64,000 nucleotides of DNA. Source: Cycas panzhihuaensis. Taxonomy: Eukaryota > Plantae > Cycadophyta. Positions within the stretch are counted from its first letter, which is position 1. Each line of letters begins with the position of its first letter. The stretch covers positions 229,283,741 through 229,347,740 of the forward strand of contig CM041465.1 of NCBI GenBank assembly GCA_023213395.1, written 5' to 3'. Made by a program: the position numbers and the translations under genes. Below the pieces are notes generated by a model that worked only from the letters and a program-made list of their open reading frames with translations, made no database searches and was not told where the DNA came from. Positions 14,881 through 28,100 of this stretch are shown piece after piece.

Positions 14881-17800
14881 ACACTATTGGCAATTCCAAT
14901 AGGGCTTGGCATTGGTGAAGGGAATTCACAAGTGATATATCCACACCGAGCTTCAAAGAATCTCTTTGGTTGGTCAATGGCATTTAATGCTAAAGATCTC
15001 TCAATTCTTTGAATGTGTGCTTGTACATAACCTACACCACTAAAGGATTCTTCACAAGTTTCTTCAATATTGTGAGCTTTATGTTTTGGTTAGAACTTAG
15101 CCAACTTATAAGTGGCAATTCTGCAATCTTTTGCTAAGTGTCCTATACAGTTATACCAATCACACATAATAGTTTCATTACCAATCCCTAAAGAAGTATT
15201 GGTTTGGCTTGACTGTCTTGCTCTTTGTTAAGGTGGCCCTTGGCCTTTAAACTATTGAGGTTGTGATTGAGAGTTTAATTGACCTTATAGATGATTTGTC
15301 ATATTTCTTCCTCTTCCTCTTGCTCGGTTATTTCCTCTACCATGAGAGGGACCTTGATTTTTTGTGTAGCAAACTTCTTCTTCTACCTCAAAAGCTGTAT
15401 CTAGAAGAGAGTCAGAGGCTACAAAGTTTGTATCAAAGGTCTTGTCAAATTCTATGAACTTCTTGGCAAGTGCTTTGAAGTTGAGTGTCTTCAATATTCC
15501 ACTAGATTTAAGACTTCTAAACAAATTTTTATAATCAGGGACATGTAAATATAATTGGATCAAAAATGCCCAAGTGATGCATTAGGTTTTAAAGTCTTTG
15601 TTAATTGCCTATTTGATTAGTCGAAGGAGATTTATTGTCTCATGAGCTCGTCCCTTCTATATTTTTAATTTGTTCATTTTCAAAACAAGATGAACAAATT
15701 CTAAATCTGACTTTGTATCAAAGTTCTTTCTAAGAACTTCTAGGACCTTTTAGGTTATATCATGTTCCTCTTTGTTTATCAAGTCGTGTAAGGAGTGATT
15801 AATGACCAACCAAATTCCTACATGAATCTTTTCATCATCTGTCTCCCATTATAGTTTAGTTGCAACATCTATAGGAATTGTTGGGGTAGATCCACTAGAA
15901 GCAGTTGTTGTAGTCATTGCTAATATGTTAGGTGTGGGCTGCAGGTGGGCTCTCTAAAGGCATTCATGCTTTGCAGTATTTTTAATTCTAGTGTACCATA
16001 TATCCCAATTTTCTTTGCCTTTTAATATGTAGTTAACATTTTTCTTGAATGGAGATGGCATGGTGATGATGAAGAAGTAGAAGAGATGATAGAAGTATGT
16101 GCTACTGACATGTGTGGCTAGTACACCTGGTGTAGTAGGAATGTAGAAATGATTATTATGATGAGAAGTAAGCAATGATTAACTATTTTTCAATAATTAT
16201 ATGAAAAATGAATATAAGTAATGGTGCAAGAATGAGGCCTCATATAGAGCTGGCAAAGAGTGGTGATGTGTCATGCCACTAACCTCTCACTTATGTCCAA
16301 ATGTAGGTGAGGTTTCGATGCCTAAGGCTTCTAGTATACAATTAGGACCTTCACCTGTGATACCCATGCCTGCGCTTGATGATGAAATCCAAGTTACAGT
16401 AGAGCCCAAGTACTCCCAGTCCTCACCTAGTTCACCAATGAATAGCTATATACCTCCTCCGAAGAGTCAAATGGTACTGTGTATCCCACAGCTATAACAT
16501 ATATTGGACTAGGTTAATTTTAATTTTACATTAAGGTTTTCAGTTTTCTCGGGTAGTTGTCAGGATTATCCCTGATTGGAGGGTGTAGGTATGGCTAACC
16601 TGTCCCTCCATCACTATTCCAGTTAAGACCAGACCTAGTATGAAACTCACACCTCCCTTAGGGCCTAGACTTTGACCAACCTTGGTCTACTTCAACCAAG
16701 GCGAGTGTGCGCACAAGTTAAGAACTAGCGGTATAGATCATACGAATGAAATTTCTTTTAGGAATAGTGTAAGATGTTTTCGTATAACTGAAAACTGAAA
16801 TAGAAACTTACCAAATGTGCTTGCTTACTTTTCGTGCTTGCTTTGTTATTGTTATTACTTTTGTGATGCTTTATTGTTGTTATTGTTTTTGTGATATTTT
16901 ATTATTGTTGTTACTTTTGTGATGCTTTATGTTATGTGTGCAAATAGAAAAGCATGCTAGATTTAGTAGGGGAACCAGATGTTACTTCCGATCCAAGATT
17001 TCCCTTACTTTAGTACAATGTTTCCAAATATAATTTTGGAAGTTTTGATATAAAAGCCACAATGGGCTAAAAAAAAGATCAACTTACTGCTAAAATGATG
17101 ATTTTTCTGAATCTATATACATGCTATTTTTTCCTATTTTGTGATTTTTTCACAAAATTTACAAATAATGATAAATGGGCAAATTTTAAAAATTACAAAT
17201 ATGAAGGCCTAAATGATGAAATATGAATTTATGACAGAAGGAAAAAGTGTTCATAATATCATTTTTAATAGATTTGTGAAGTCAAATTTTAGAAAAGGCA
17301 CAAAAAATTTTCTGCCTAAAAAAACACCAAAGTAAAATCATGCCAGATCAACTATCTTAGAATCTAAACTTCAATATGTTAAAAGTTTCATTTTGATACG
17401 TACATCAACTTTCTCTTCTGAACCATCTACAAAATCTACTAAACAATTACCTGAAATGCCCTTGTAAGGTCCTTTATGAGGTTAAGTAGGCAAAATCAGC
17501 AACTGTGAGAAAATTGCATAGATCTCACTAACCAATGGATGAAATTTGATGAGATTTATTTTAAAATGATCTTAATACATAAATATACTAGATCTATTAA
17601 TAAAACTTTTAGATCTTCAACTTATAATTAAAGGATTTCATTAAGAAAAGTGTTTTAAATCACTTATCCACAAAATTTACCCTTTTGTCACAGCCAAAAC
17701 TCATTATTTCAAGCTAAATCTAAAGTTTCTTTATAATACAAAAATGATTCTCTAGTCAAGTAGGCCTTGCATGTCAAATTTCATCAAATTCTGAGATGGT

Positions 17801-18052
17801 CAAATTTTTATGAAATTTTGGGCCTTTAATGCTTCTGGAACTGTTCCGATAGTTGAACAGCTTAAAAAACCTGTATTCTTCACCTCTGAATTTTTACACA
17901 CATGGACAAAGTAGCAACATGCAAAATACTATAATTTTAAACTCTTAAAATGTTAAAAAATAATGAATGCACTCTCAATACTTCACATTGAAAGCGAAGG
18001 AGAGGTAAAATGACTTCATGCAAGTGGAATGGAGTGAATAGATTCCCTTCTA

Positions 18053-18064
18053 GCTCTGATACCA
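18053..18064 (-). promoter_or_regulatory. Primer-binding site (initiator tRNA-Met)
   Basis: Minus strand TGGTATCAGAGC, 2 nt from the LTR end. Confidence 0.93.
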
Positions 18065-18066
18065 TA

Positions 18067-18378
18067 TGAAGAAATGATGGATCTAGGAGATAAATCACTC
18101 ACATGCACACAGTGGCAATAGAGAATGAAAAAGAAGATAAAATAAGATATGAGAGCAAGCTTGGAGGTAAGAATGAATAATGACTCCCTCCTTGAGATTT
18201 CACCTTTTATTATTGAGGGTGAGCATTAGGGTTAGGATTTTCCTGCCTAATGACATGAACCTGAAATTATATTTAAATGCACATAAAGTACATTTCATTA
18301 AGAGACTAATGCTAAAAATATATCATAAGGTCACATGATTAATCTACATAAATGACCTTGATACATTAACCTCTTTCA
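18067..18378 (-). repeat. 5' LTR of full-length Copia
   Basis: Adjacent to PBS; followed by TSD TAAAG. Confidence 0.95.
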
Positions 18379-18586
18379 TAAAGACTATGACTTCAATGAT
18401 TAAAATCGATATTCTCTACTAGTTAAAACCATCATATATGACTACTTGCCATGAACCTATCATTTGCAAAAGAGCACCTTTTCTTATTTATAAGTAATTA
18501 TGCTTTCTCAAGAATTAGCAGAACTGCCTATATATGTTCTAAGCGTTCTTTGCCCTTTGCCTTTAAAACAAAACTCTAATACCACT

Positions 18587-19170
18587 TATAGCGATCTAGT
18601 TATACTTTTATAGCAATTTTCCCTAAAAATACAGGTAATAATCCACAAGAAATAATAACTAGATGCTATTTAATAAGAAAATAAATAATGATCAGGAATT
18701 ACAGAATCCACATAAGTAAATAATATTCTTTAGTAGCAAATAATACTAAAATAAAACGAAATTATAATAAAATACCTGTATTTCCCGAAGAAGTGAGCTT
18801 CTCTCTTCAAGGTAAGGAACCCTTCAAACTGTAGCCCTAAATGGGTGAGCTAATTACAGCCCTAGAATTGAAAATACATAGTCAAAAGAACCTCTGATGA
18901 TGGTTTAGGATACGGCCCAAACTTCCTATTTATAGAGACCAAAATACTTCAATTAGAAGTCATCCAGACTGGGTGATACTCTTTTTAATACTACTCAAAT
19001 AGAAGTCAATAAAAACTTCTCCAAAAACTGGCAAGTTAACTTTAAATGATCATAACTTTTGACATAGATGTCAAAATTAACTTTCGTCTGAACCATTGAA
19101 ATCCTCATTTAAAGATCATTGATTTGAATATTCATAAGGTATAGTTTTGACCATATTTTGGAATGTTATA
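18587..19170 (-). repeat. 5' LTR of the 8657-19170 element
   Basis: Direct repeat of 8657-9240; termini decayed TG>TA and CA>TA; followed by TSD TATAC. Confidence 0.9.
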
Positions 19171-20299
19171 TATACTTACTCATACTGGATTAGAGAAAAA
19201 ATTCTAGCTTGAGGTAGTGAAGACTATGGGCTATTTGATAAATAGATTAACATTTACTTTGGTTAATATGACACTTGAGGAGACGCATCTTATAAGAAAT
19301 CATCCCTTGGTTACACTAAAATTCTTAGTTATGAAGCTTTTATACAAGTTCCTAACTTACAGAGAATGAAGTTTTATTTTAAAGAATAGAAGTCTATTTT
19401 TATTAGCTATGGTGATGGGATAAAGGAGTATAAAATTTATAATCCTAAAATATAGAAAGTTGTGTATAGTTGAGATGTAGTCTCTAAAGAGGAATTATAC
19501 AATATTCCACCTCATCTGTAGCCTACAAAACTATATGTTTAATAAAATTAATATCTAATCTATCATTTTTAAGTGGGAAAATGATTTGTTGATTTGAATA
19601 GGAATATGGCAACACTTACTAGGCTTTACAACTCACCATACGACATCCTATATGTATTGCCCCAAGCCTAAAGCTAGAAATGTACCTTACATATCTTCCC
19701 TCTATAATATCTGAATCCATAGTGGTGTTCCTATATATCAAATATAGGAATGGCATCAAAGACTCATTTTTAACCATTAGATGTAGCAGTAGGCTAACTA
19801 CACATAGTAGTCACATCCTTCCTTAGATGTACTAGGTGATTCTTCTATATGAGAAGATACCAATCCCTCTTAGAGGGTGACATATTTTATTTTTATAATA
19901 TACGGTACATATATACAATTACTGGATAACCAATTATCAAATTTATAGGCCTTACCCCTTAAGGATGTTAGCACTTCTTACTAAGGGACTAGTTTCACTA
20001 AGAGACATATACCCTAAGTTTTGTCCATTCTTTAGAGGCATTAAGAGGTCTTCCTACTTGGTATAATATATCAAAAGGGTATCATACATCATGTATCCTG
20101 GTTGATCCACCTCATTAAATATTAACCCATTCCTCATACCCCTTTAAGTCTTATAAGGGAAAGAGATCATGGCAAATCCATGCATATGTACTAGTTGAAA
20201 ATTGTTATAAGTCTTCTTTCTTTAAGCATTAATAGAAAGAAGACATATATAAATAACACTCGATGATCCACCCTAAGCAATATATACAATTAGGGGTAA

Positions 20300-23200
20300 T
20301 GTAAAGAGAGGTAGCATACACAATATCTTTAGGATCAAATAACTAGCCATACACAAGTGAAGATAAATATTACACATGTACACATTATTTTGGCTGGTAG
20401 AAAACCACATCTGGGGAAGAAAAACTACCTCACTAATTTGAAATTTATTGCTAAAGAATTTTACATTGCCTTTGTAACTGCGAATACCCTCTATCTACCA
20501 AACTAAGAAAGAAAATCAACCTTTATATAGGCTTGTGACAGCCTCCTAGATTCCTGAAACCAATTCCTAGAATCTAGGAGAGGCTATTTGAAGAATGAGA
20601 GGTTCGTTGAAATGGGCAGTTGCTCATTTCAACGACCTTCATATAATAATTAATAATTAACATTAGCTTATATAAAAATGAACCTTTACATCATTTAAAT
20701 TTATATTTACACATGTAATAAAAAAAATAATATTAACTTTTCTAACACCCCCCTTTAATGTTATCTTTTGTATAATGATAAAGAAAGTCTTCATCATGTT
20801 GATCCTCCTTTGATGGAGACTTCTTTTATTTTTAATAAATCTCGCAGGTTTAAAAACTTGACTTTAGTCAATGACTTGGTAAGGATATCAGCAACCTGTA
20901 AATTTGTAGGACAATAAGATAGATAAATAATATTGTAAGTAACAAGATTACAAATAAAATGTTGATGCAATTCTATATGTTTAGTTCTAGAACAAGCAAT
21001 TGAATTTGTAGCAATAGCAATAACACCTTGATTATCAACTTTAATTTCTATAGAAGAGTTAGGAAATATACCAATTTTATTTAAGAGATATTTGATCTAA
21101 AGTGCGTCTTTGCTTGCTTCAATAAGTGCTCAATATTTAACTTCAATTATTGATAGAGCTAGAGCCTACATTTTTTTACTATAGACCATATAATAGGTGA
21201 GAAATATAGAAAAAACACATAACCTATTGTGGACTTACGGTCATTTGAGTTGCCTACCAAATCTGAATCAATATACTCTATTAAGATTAGAGGATTACTG
21301 TAAGAATTATAAGTTAGACCATAGAAGATACTATTTTGAAGATATCAAAGAATATGGTTAACAGTTTTTCAGTGTGATTCATGTGGGTTTTGTATATAAT
21401 GTGAACATAAAGTAACAGCATAAGATATATCAGGTCAAGTATGTGTTAAATAAATAAGGTTACTAATAAGCTTCCTATATAAAGTTTGATCACATAAGGG
21501 TGTGGAACAATCAATAGATAATTTTACTCTTGATTGTAAAGGATTAAAAACTAGTTTAGCATTTTCCATGTTAAACCGTTTGATTAGGTCTAAAATATAT
21601 TTTGGTTGAGATATGGTTATTTTTTAATCATGTTGGTAAATTTATAATCCGAAAAAATAGTGTAGAAGACTTAGATCGATCATTTCAAATTTATTCATCA
21701 AGGTTGTTTTTAGTTAATGAATGTTATTGTTTGAAGATCCTGTGATGATGATATCATCGACATACAGGATTAATATGGTAAGATTCTCATTTTCACGTTT
21801 GAAATAGAGATTTGGATCACTTATACATCTAGTGTATCCATTTTGAGTAAAATAATTATCTACTTTTGTGTACTAAACTCAAGAAATTTGTTTTAATCCA
21901 TAGATGGATTTTTTTAGTTTACAAACTAAGTTAGGGCTACTAATAAAACTAGGTGATTGAGTCATGTAGATCTCTTCTTTAAGATTATCATTTATAAATA
22001 CATTCTTAACATCCATTTAATGGATCTCCCAACTAAATTTAGCAGCTAGAGCAATAATAGTTTTAACAGTATTCATCTTTGCAACAAGGGCAAAGGTTTC
22101 ATTATAGTCTATACTATCGATTTGAGAAAATCTTTTCGCAACTAGGCGAGCTTTATGCTTTTCAACAGTGCTTATTGAATTATATTTAGTTCGATAAACC
22201 TATTTATAATCAACTATATTTTTCCCTAGTGGAAATGGAACAAGATCCCAAGTTGAATTCTTATTTAAAGCATCAATTTTAATTTGCATGGCTTACTTCC
22301 ATACAAGATTATTGCTTGCTTATTTAAAAGTCTTAGGATCATTGTTGGCTATTATTTTAACCATTAATACATAGTTAGCATGTAATTTTTAAGCGTGAGT
22401 TCTCTTGGTATCTGAAGGATTATCTACATCCTATCCAGTGTTAAAAAGTATTTTCTTTGCCCATACGAGCTATTTGTTTGTGATTGTTTCTGTAGTCATA
22501 GGTTGAGATGAGAAGTTAGCTTGAGAAGAAGGATCTATTGTGGTTGGTTCAGATAGAGTCCAATTCTGGACTTGTATAGATAAGGATTCTATAGTCTCAT
22601 GGTCAACTTATTTTTCAGATGAGTTAACCAAATAGGTATTGGTTAACAGATTCTCAATAGGAAGTTCTACATAAATAGAAGTTGAAGAGAATCCTTCTTC
22701 ATTAAATATTACATCACGCAAAATTAATATTTTATGTGTAACTAGATCCAAAAGTCCGTAAGCTTTACTCTCTTCACTATATCCAATGAAGATATATTTT
22801 TGACTTTTAATATCGAGTTTCTTGCATTTTTCTTTGAGAACATATCCCCACACAATACTTTCAAAAATTCTCAGATGTTTAACTGAGGGTTTTCATCCAA
22901 ACTATTTTTATTCTCGAATAATATTTTGTAAAGATTTACTAAGTAAACAGTTTAAAAGACAGTTGGAGCAGGCAATTGCTTTTGCCCATAACTTTAAGTC
23001 AAGACTCTTTACATGTAGCATGCATCGAGTCATTTCAACAAGAGTATGGTTCTTGCATTCAGCAACACCGTTTTGCTGAGGAGTATAGGCAACGAAATGA
23101 TGAAATTGAATTCTGTGTCTCTTACAAAAAGAAGTGAATTTGCCACTTAAGTATTCTTTGGCATTATTAGATCTAAAAATTTTAATTTTTGAATTTGATT

Positions 23201-25190
23201 GATTTTCTACAAGTGTTTTGAATTCAGTGAAGATGTCAAACACTTAATTATAAGTCTTGAGTGTGTACACCCAACATTTTCTCGAAAAATCATCAATAAA
23301 CGTGATAAAATAATGACAACCAGAATATGAAGTTATATAGAACAATCCACATATATCAGTGAACAAATTCAAGTGAAACTTTCGCTCTAAATTGAGTTTG
23401 ATGTGGAAAGGGATCCATGTGTTACTTACCTGTTACGCAGGCTTCACAGACACCATAAATAGTATTTAAAGGTAGAAGACCATGAACCATGTCATGTCTT
23501 TTTAGGTATTGCCATAACTAGTATGGTTGAATCGTGCATACCATAGTTTACTGACTAGATTAGATTTGGCTATGAAGGTACTAAAAGACTTTTTTTTAGT
23601 ATTTTATAAACTAGTTAGGCTACAAACACCTATTTTATGATCAGTAGGTCTATAGGCAATAGATTTAAATTTATTTAATGGTTCTTTAATAATAAATTTA
23701 TCTTTCCAGAATTCAGCAACAAGGTCTTTCTGGCAGATTTGGTAGACAGAAAAAAGGTTTGGTAACAAACCAAGCACATAGAATACATTCTTGATTGAAC
23801 CATCTTCTAGAGTAGCATCCCCTGATCCTTTCACTTTAAGTTAGGATCCACTCCCAAAAGAAATCTCTTCTTCAAAGTTAGTATCAAATTGATAAATGGA
23901 TAAATTCTCCTGGTGTCCTATCATATAATGGGAAGCACCAAAGTCAAGAATCCATTAAGGTGATTGATTAAATAGAGTAACAAATGCAGAAGTTATTACT
24001 GTTAAAGAATGATTATAATATTGTGGTCGGGTTTATGGTCGAGTTTGTAATCCCTTGGAAGCTTTCCAGGCTTCTGAAGCTATTATACTTCTACAAATGT
24101 TAATAGTGTGGCCTTTTTTATGGCAGTAGGCACAACTAATGTTCTAAGAAGGATTAACAGTGTTCCAATTTAAAAGAGACTGATTGGAAGTATTTTGCTA
24201 TTTAGATGGACCAGAGTACTTAATATTGTTTTGAGAACTAGGAGGTGAACCTCTACGAGTTTTTTAGAATTTTGGATTATTATTAAAGTTGTTCTGATGT
24301 TTTGTTTTATTTTGAGACTTAGATTTAAAAAAGAAAGCCTGAGAAGGATCTTTCAATTTTCTTGTTTGAATTAACATCATTTGATGTTCAATCAGTTAGT
24401 TTGTTAACTGATTAAAAATTATCAGAGGATTACTAGCTTATTGTCTGGCAGTCTTCAAAAGATTAAAGTATTTTGGTAGTTTGTTTATCACAAGATATAT
24501 GAGTGTATCGTTATCTTTAGCATGTGTGACTATTTATTCTACATCACCTACTTTAATTGTAGTTTTAATACAATTACTTAGATCTTTATTAATTAGTTGA
24601 ATTTTAGATAAAAAATCTTCGACTTTAGAAAAATCATCATAATTAAGGTCATACAATTACTGTTCTAGGACAACCAATTGTTGTGTGTCGACCTTATCAT
24701 ATTTTTCCTTAAGAGTGTTCTAGACAGTGGCTAGATCGTTTATATCAGAGAATTGCCAACTAATTTCTGGTGAGAGTGACAGCATGATGGTGCCTAGAGC
24801 TAAATTAGAGTTCATTAGATATACCATATAGCTTCCTGAAGTTGCATCTTTTAATGTTTTGAATTCACCTATTACATATCACCATATCTTTTATTATTTA
24901 AACTGATGGGAAATATAATTCCTCTAGTCAGCATAAGAACACAGGTGGTTATCCCTGACATTAGTGCCATATTGGGAATTGCAAATGTTGATTAGAGGTC
25001 TTTTTAAATTTAAAAAATTTGGAGAATCTGGATGAAGAAGACTAGGTGATAAAAGTCACATAAAAAATTACTAAACATCAAAGTAATCCTATTAACATTT
25101 CACAAACATATTTTAATCGAATGATAGATGACTAAAAATCATTGTTATTAAGTTTGTTTGGATACCCTTTCTCTAGAAAAAAAAGAATTA
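20300..25190 (-). mobile_element. Decayed Ty1/Copia inserted in the Gypsy LTR; 3' LTR 20300-20747, 5' LTR missing
   Basis: tgtaaag...tctaaca followed by the PPT (cccccctt). RH/RT 20800-22330; integrase ORFs 22608-23243 (YTPQQNGVAE); protease 23604-23960; zinc knuckle ~24090-24135. Host LTR resumes at 25191. Confidence 0.88.
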
Positions 25191-28100
25191 ATTATCCATT
25201 AGTCTTTCTAAATCAGCACATGTTAAGGGATACATATATACTTACAATTTTACTCAAGGGTCCTCTCGAAACAATACATTATAAGGGCTAAACTACCCAT
25301 GAGTTCTCCCAAAGCAACACATGTTAAGGGCTACACATATATATTCCTTTCACATGTTTACCTAAAATAACATATGCTAAAGGATCATAAAAATCTTTTG
25401 AGCAATAGAGTTTTTAATGTCTTTCAAAATTTTATTCTTTCTTTTTAAGAAAATAAGGGCTTGTTATAAGTTTCTCCTTTATTTCTTATTAGTACGTAAT
25501 AGAGGAATTTCCATACTATATATTTTCTCTTGGTAATACTTTATCAATATTACTTTTGATAAGTTAAACTATATTGATTTAATTGCTAGTCAAGTAGGTT
25601 ATATAATTTTTGGCATATCATCAAGTCTATATATTAATGAGAAATTCCTAAAGTAACCATACTCATATTTTTACATGCTTAATACTCCATATAATAAACT
25701 AAAATTTTCAGAATATTAAACATTGAAGGATTACTCAATAAAGCTTTAAAGAAAAGAAATTTATCCTCGTACAAAATGTATTTATTTTTCACCATTATTA
25801 GTCTTTCTAACTTTATGTTTATAATGTTGTACTATTATTGGTTATCAAGGTATGTGCAAACCTGCCATATCATATTTGTATGGCTTTGACATACACAGGA
25901 CAATACATAAATCCCAAATCCCATAAATCCTAATTAAAATATATATATATTTTGAAGGGTTAAATATAGGTATTTCTTCATGAAATTTCATAGGAAGATA
26001 GATCTAAACATGACATATTCTAAGAGGGTCCATATTTGTAATTTATACAGCCATATAAGTAGTTGTACAACAATTTGCAAGTATGTACAATTATTATATA
26101 AACTTCTTATATTGGGATGAAAATTTTCTACCTCATGGGAAATTTCATCCTAAATCCAAATATATAATTCTTTTTAAAATTTTGATGGCTAAAACTTAAG
26201 TTATAAGCATTTTACTAACTTTAGGCTTTATGAAAATAGATTTGAATTACTTTTAGAAAAATAGCAATTATAAAGTACCTTTTCTCCTCTGACATATACT
26301 CTAATATCATCCTCTATAATGGCAATATATTGGAAGGTATTTGATGAAGCTATGATGCCTTGATCTCTTGTGCTTTCGTCATGAGTTGAACTCTTCATTA
26401 GGTTTGACAATGTCTCCTTTCTCTTCTTATCTATCTTCTTCATTCTTGATGGCCAATGTGTGTTTATATAGGATGAAGTCATTAAGGGGTCTCTTCTTAG
26501 AGAGGTGGTGAAGAGAAGTCTTATTTGAGAAGTTCATCACTTAGAGACCAAATCATATTCTACCTTTTGTGCATAATTTTTTAGACTCCTTACTTATGCA
26601 TACTTTCTTAATTTGAACTCTTCCTTCTTTTCCACTTTAGATTTTGAAATTAAATTAAGGTAAAGGGAGGCCTCTCTTGTAACTCTTTTTTCCCCTTTAA
26701 AAGAGTCATTGTCCTCATAAGACTAGCTTCTCTTAATTCATATTCTTCTAATATGTATATTTTGTAGCAAAATCCTTAGTTTTGTCAATGCTTATGTGTT
26801 TGCAAAAGGAGTATCATGTATTTTAAATGGATTTTTTAATTTCAACTTTGCAACATCTAGCACCATAATTCCATTGCAATTCTAAACACTATCTTCTCTT
26901 ATCTAAAATTTTTTAAAGAAAGGTTCTCCTTAACTTTTTAACAAGTGAAATGTTGAGAGCTTGGGGATTCCTTAAAAGTACATCAACTACTACATTTTCT
27001 TTTTCAATTCAATAAATGAGTTTAGAACTGAATTCTTGAAGTAGTAATAACCACCTATATTGAAATGAATAGAGTTCTCCTTTCAGTGGAAAAATTAATA
27101 AAGGTTTATGATTTGTGACTACTTCAAAGTTATTTCTCTTTAAGTAGTACTTCTAAATTTTGATGGCATGGATTATTGCCAATAATTCTTGATAAAAAAT
27201 TAGATATCTTTATCCTATCAGATTCATGTTCCTACTTCCATAAGTAATCACTTTATCATTTTGCATTAATATTGCCTTTGTTATATATCCTAATACATTT
27301 GTAAAGATATTAAATAGTTTTGGCAGATTTAAAAGTGTTAAAATTGGAGTTGTGGTGAGTTTTTCCTTGAGTTTGAAAGCTCTATTCACACTTGTTTATC
27401 TAAGTAAATCTTTTATTTTTCTTTAATAATTTAGTATAAGCATTGACAAATTTAGAGAAGTTTTGAGAAAACATTTTGTAAAAATTTACTAGGCCAAGGA
27501 AGTTATATACATCATAGACGTTTTGTTGTGTTTTTCATTCTTTTATAACTTGAACATTTTTTCAGGATTATCAATAATTCCTTTGGATGACACTATATGT
27601 CTAAGATATTTTTATTTCTTACTTAAAAAATTCACACTTAAAAAGTTTAGCATACAACTTTTCATTCCTTAAAATTTGTAACATAATTTTTAAATGATAT
27701 GTGTATTCATTCATACTTTTACTAAAAATTAAAATATCATTAAGAAAACTACCATAAAATTTATAAGGTACTCTAAAAAAATATTATTCATTAAATGCAC
27801 AAATGTTATCAGAGAATTTGTCAATTCAAAATACATTATCAAATATTCATAATCTCATCTCTTGTAGTAAAAAATAGTTTTTACAATATCATTTTTATGG
27901 ATTCATATTTGATGATATCTACTCTTGAGATCTATTTTAGAAAATATAGTGTTATCTTTTAACATATCTAAAAGATCATCGATCCTTAGAAAAGAATACT
28001 TATCCTTTATAGTAATTTTAGTTAATGCCCTATAATTTATACATATCTTTATAGTATTATCTTTCTTTTTGACCAATAATAATAGGGCTCTAAAAATATA

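Larger units (their letters stand above)
10771..18378 (-). mobile_element. Full-length Ty1/Copia LTR retrotransposon (7.6 kb), coding region inactivated
   Basis: 312-bp LTRs 10771-11082 and 18067-18378; TSD TAAAG on both sides; PBS TGGTATCAGAGC (18053-18064); PPT at 11083-11093. Domain order gag (15285-16175) - PR - INT (13941-14219) - RT (12755-13009) - RH (11576-12256). Confidence 0.97.
8657..19170 (-). mobile_element. Non-autonomous gag-only (TR-GAG-like) LTR element, ~2.9 kb without its nested Copia
   Basis: 584-bp LTRs 8657-9240 and 18587-19170; TSD TATAC (8652-8656 / 19171-19175); decayed PBS aactctaatacca 18572-18584; PPT 9241-9254. Internal remnant AREWVEWVE..LEEKAFDQF..DWF*F*CAFIKIF (~10500-10700) is gag-capsid-like. 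No pol motifs. Confidence 0.88.
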
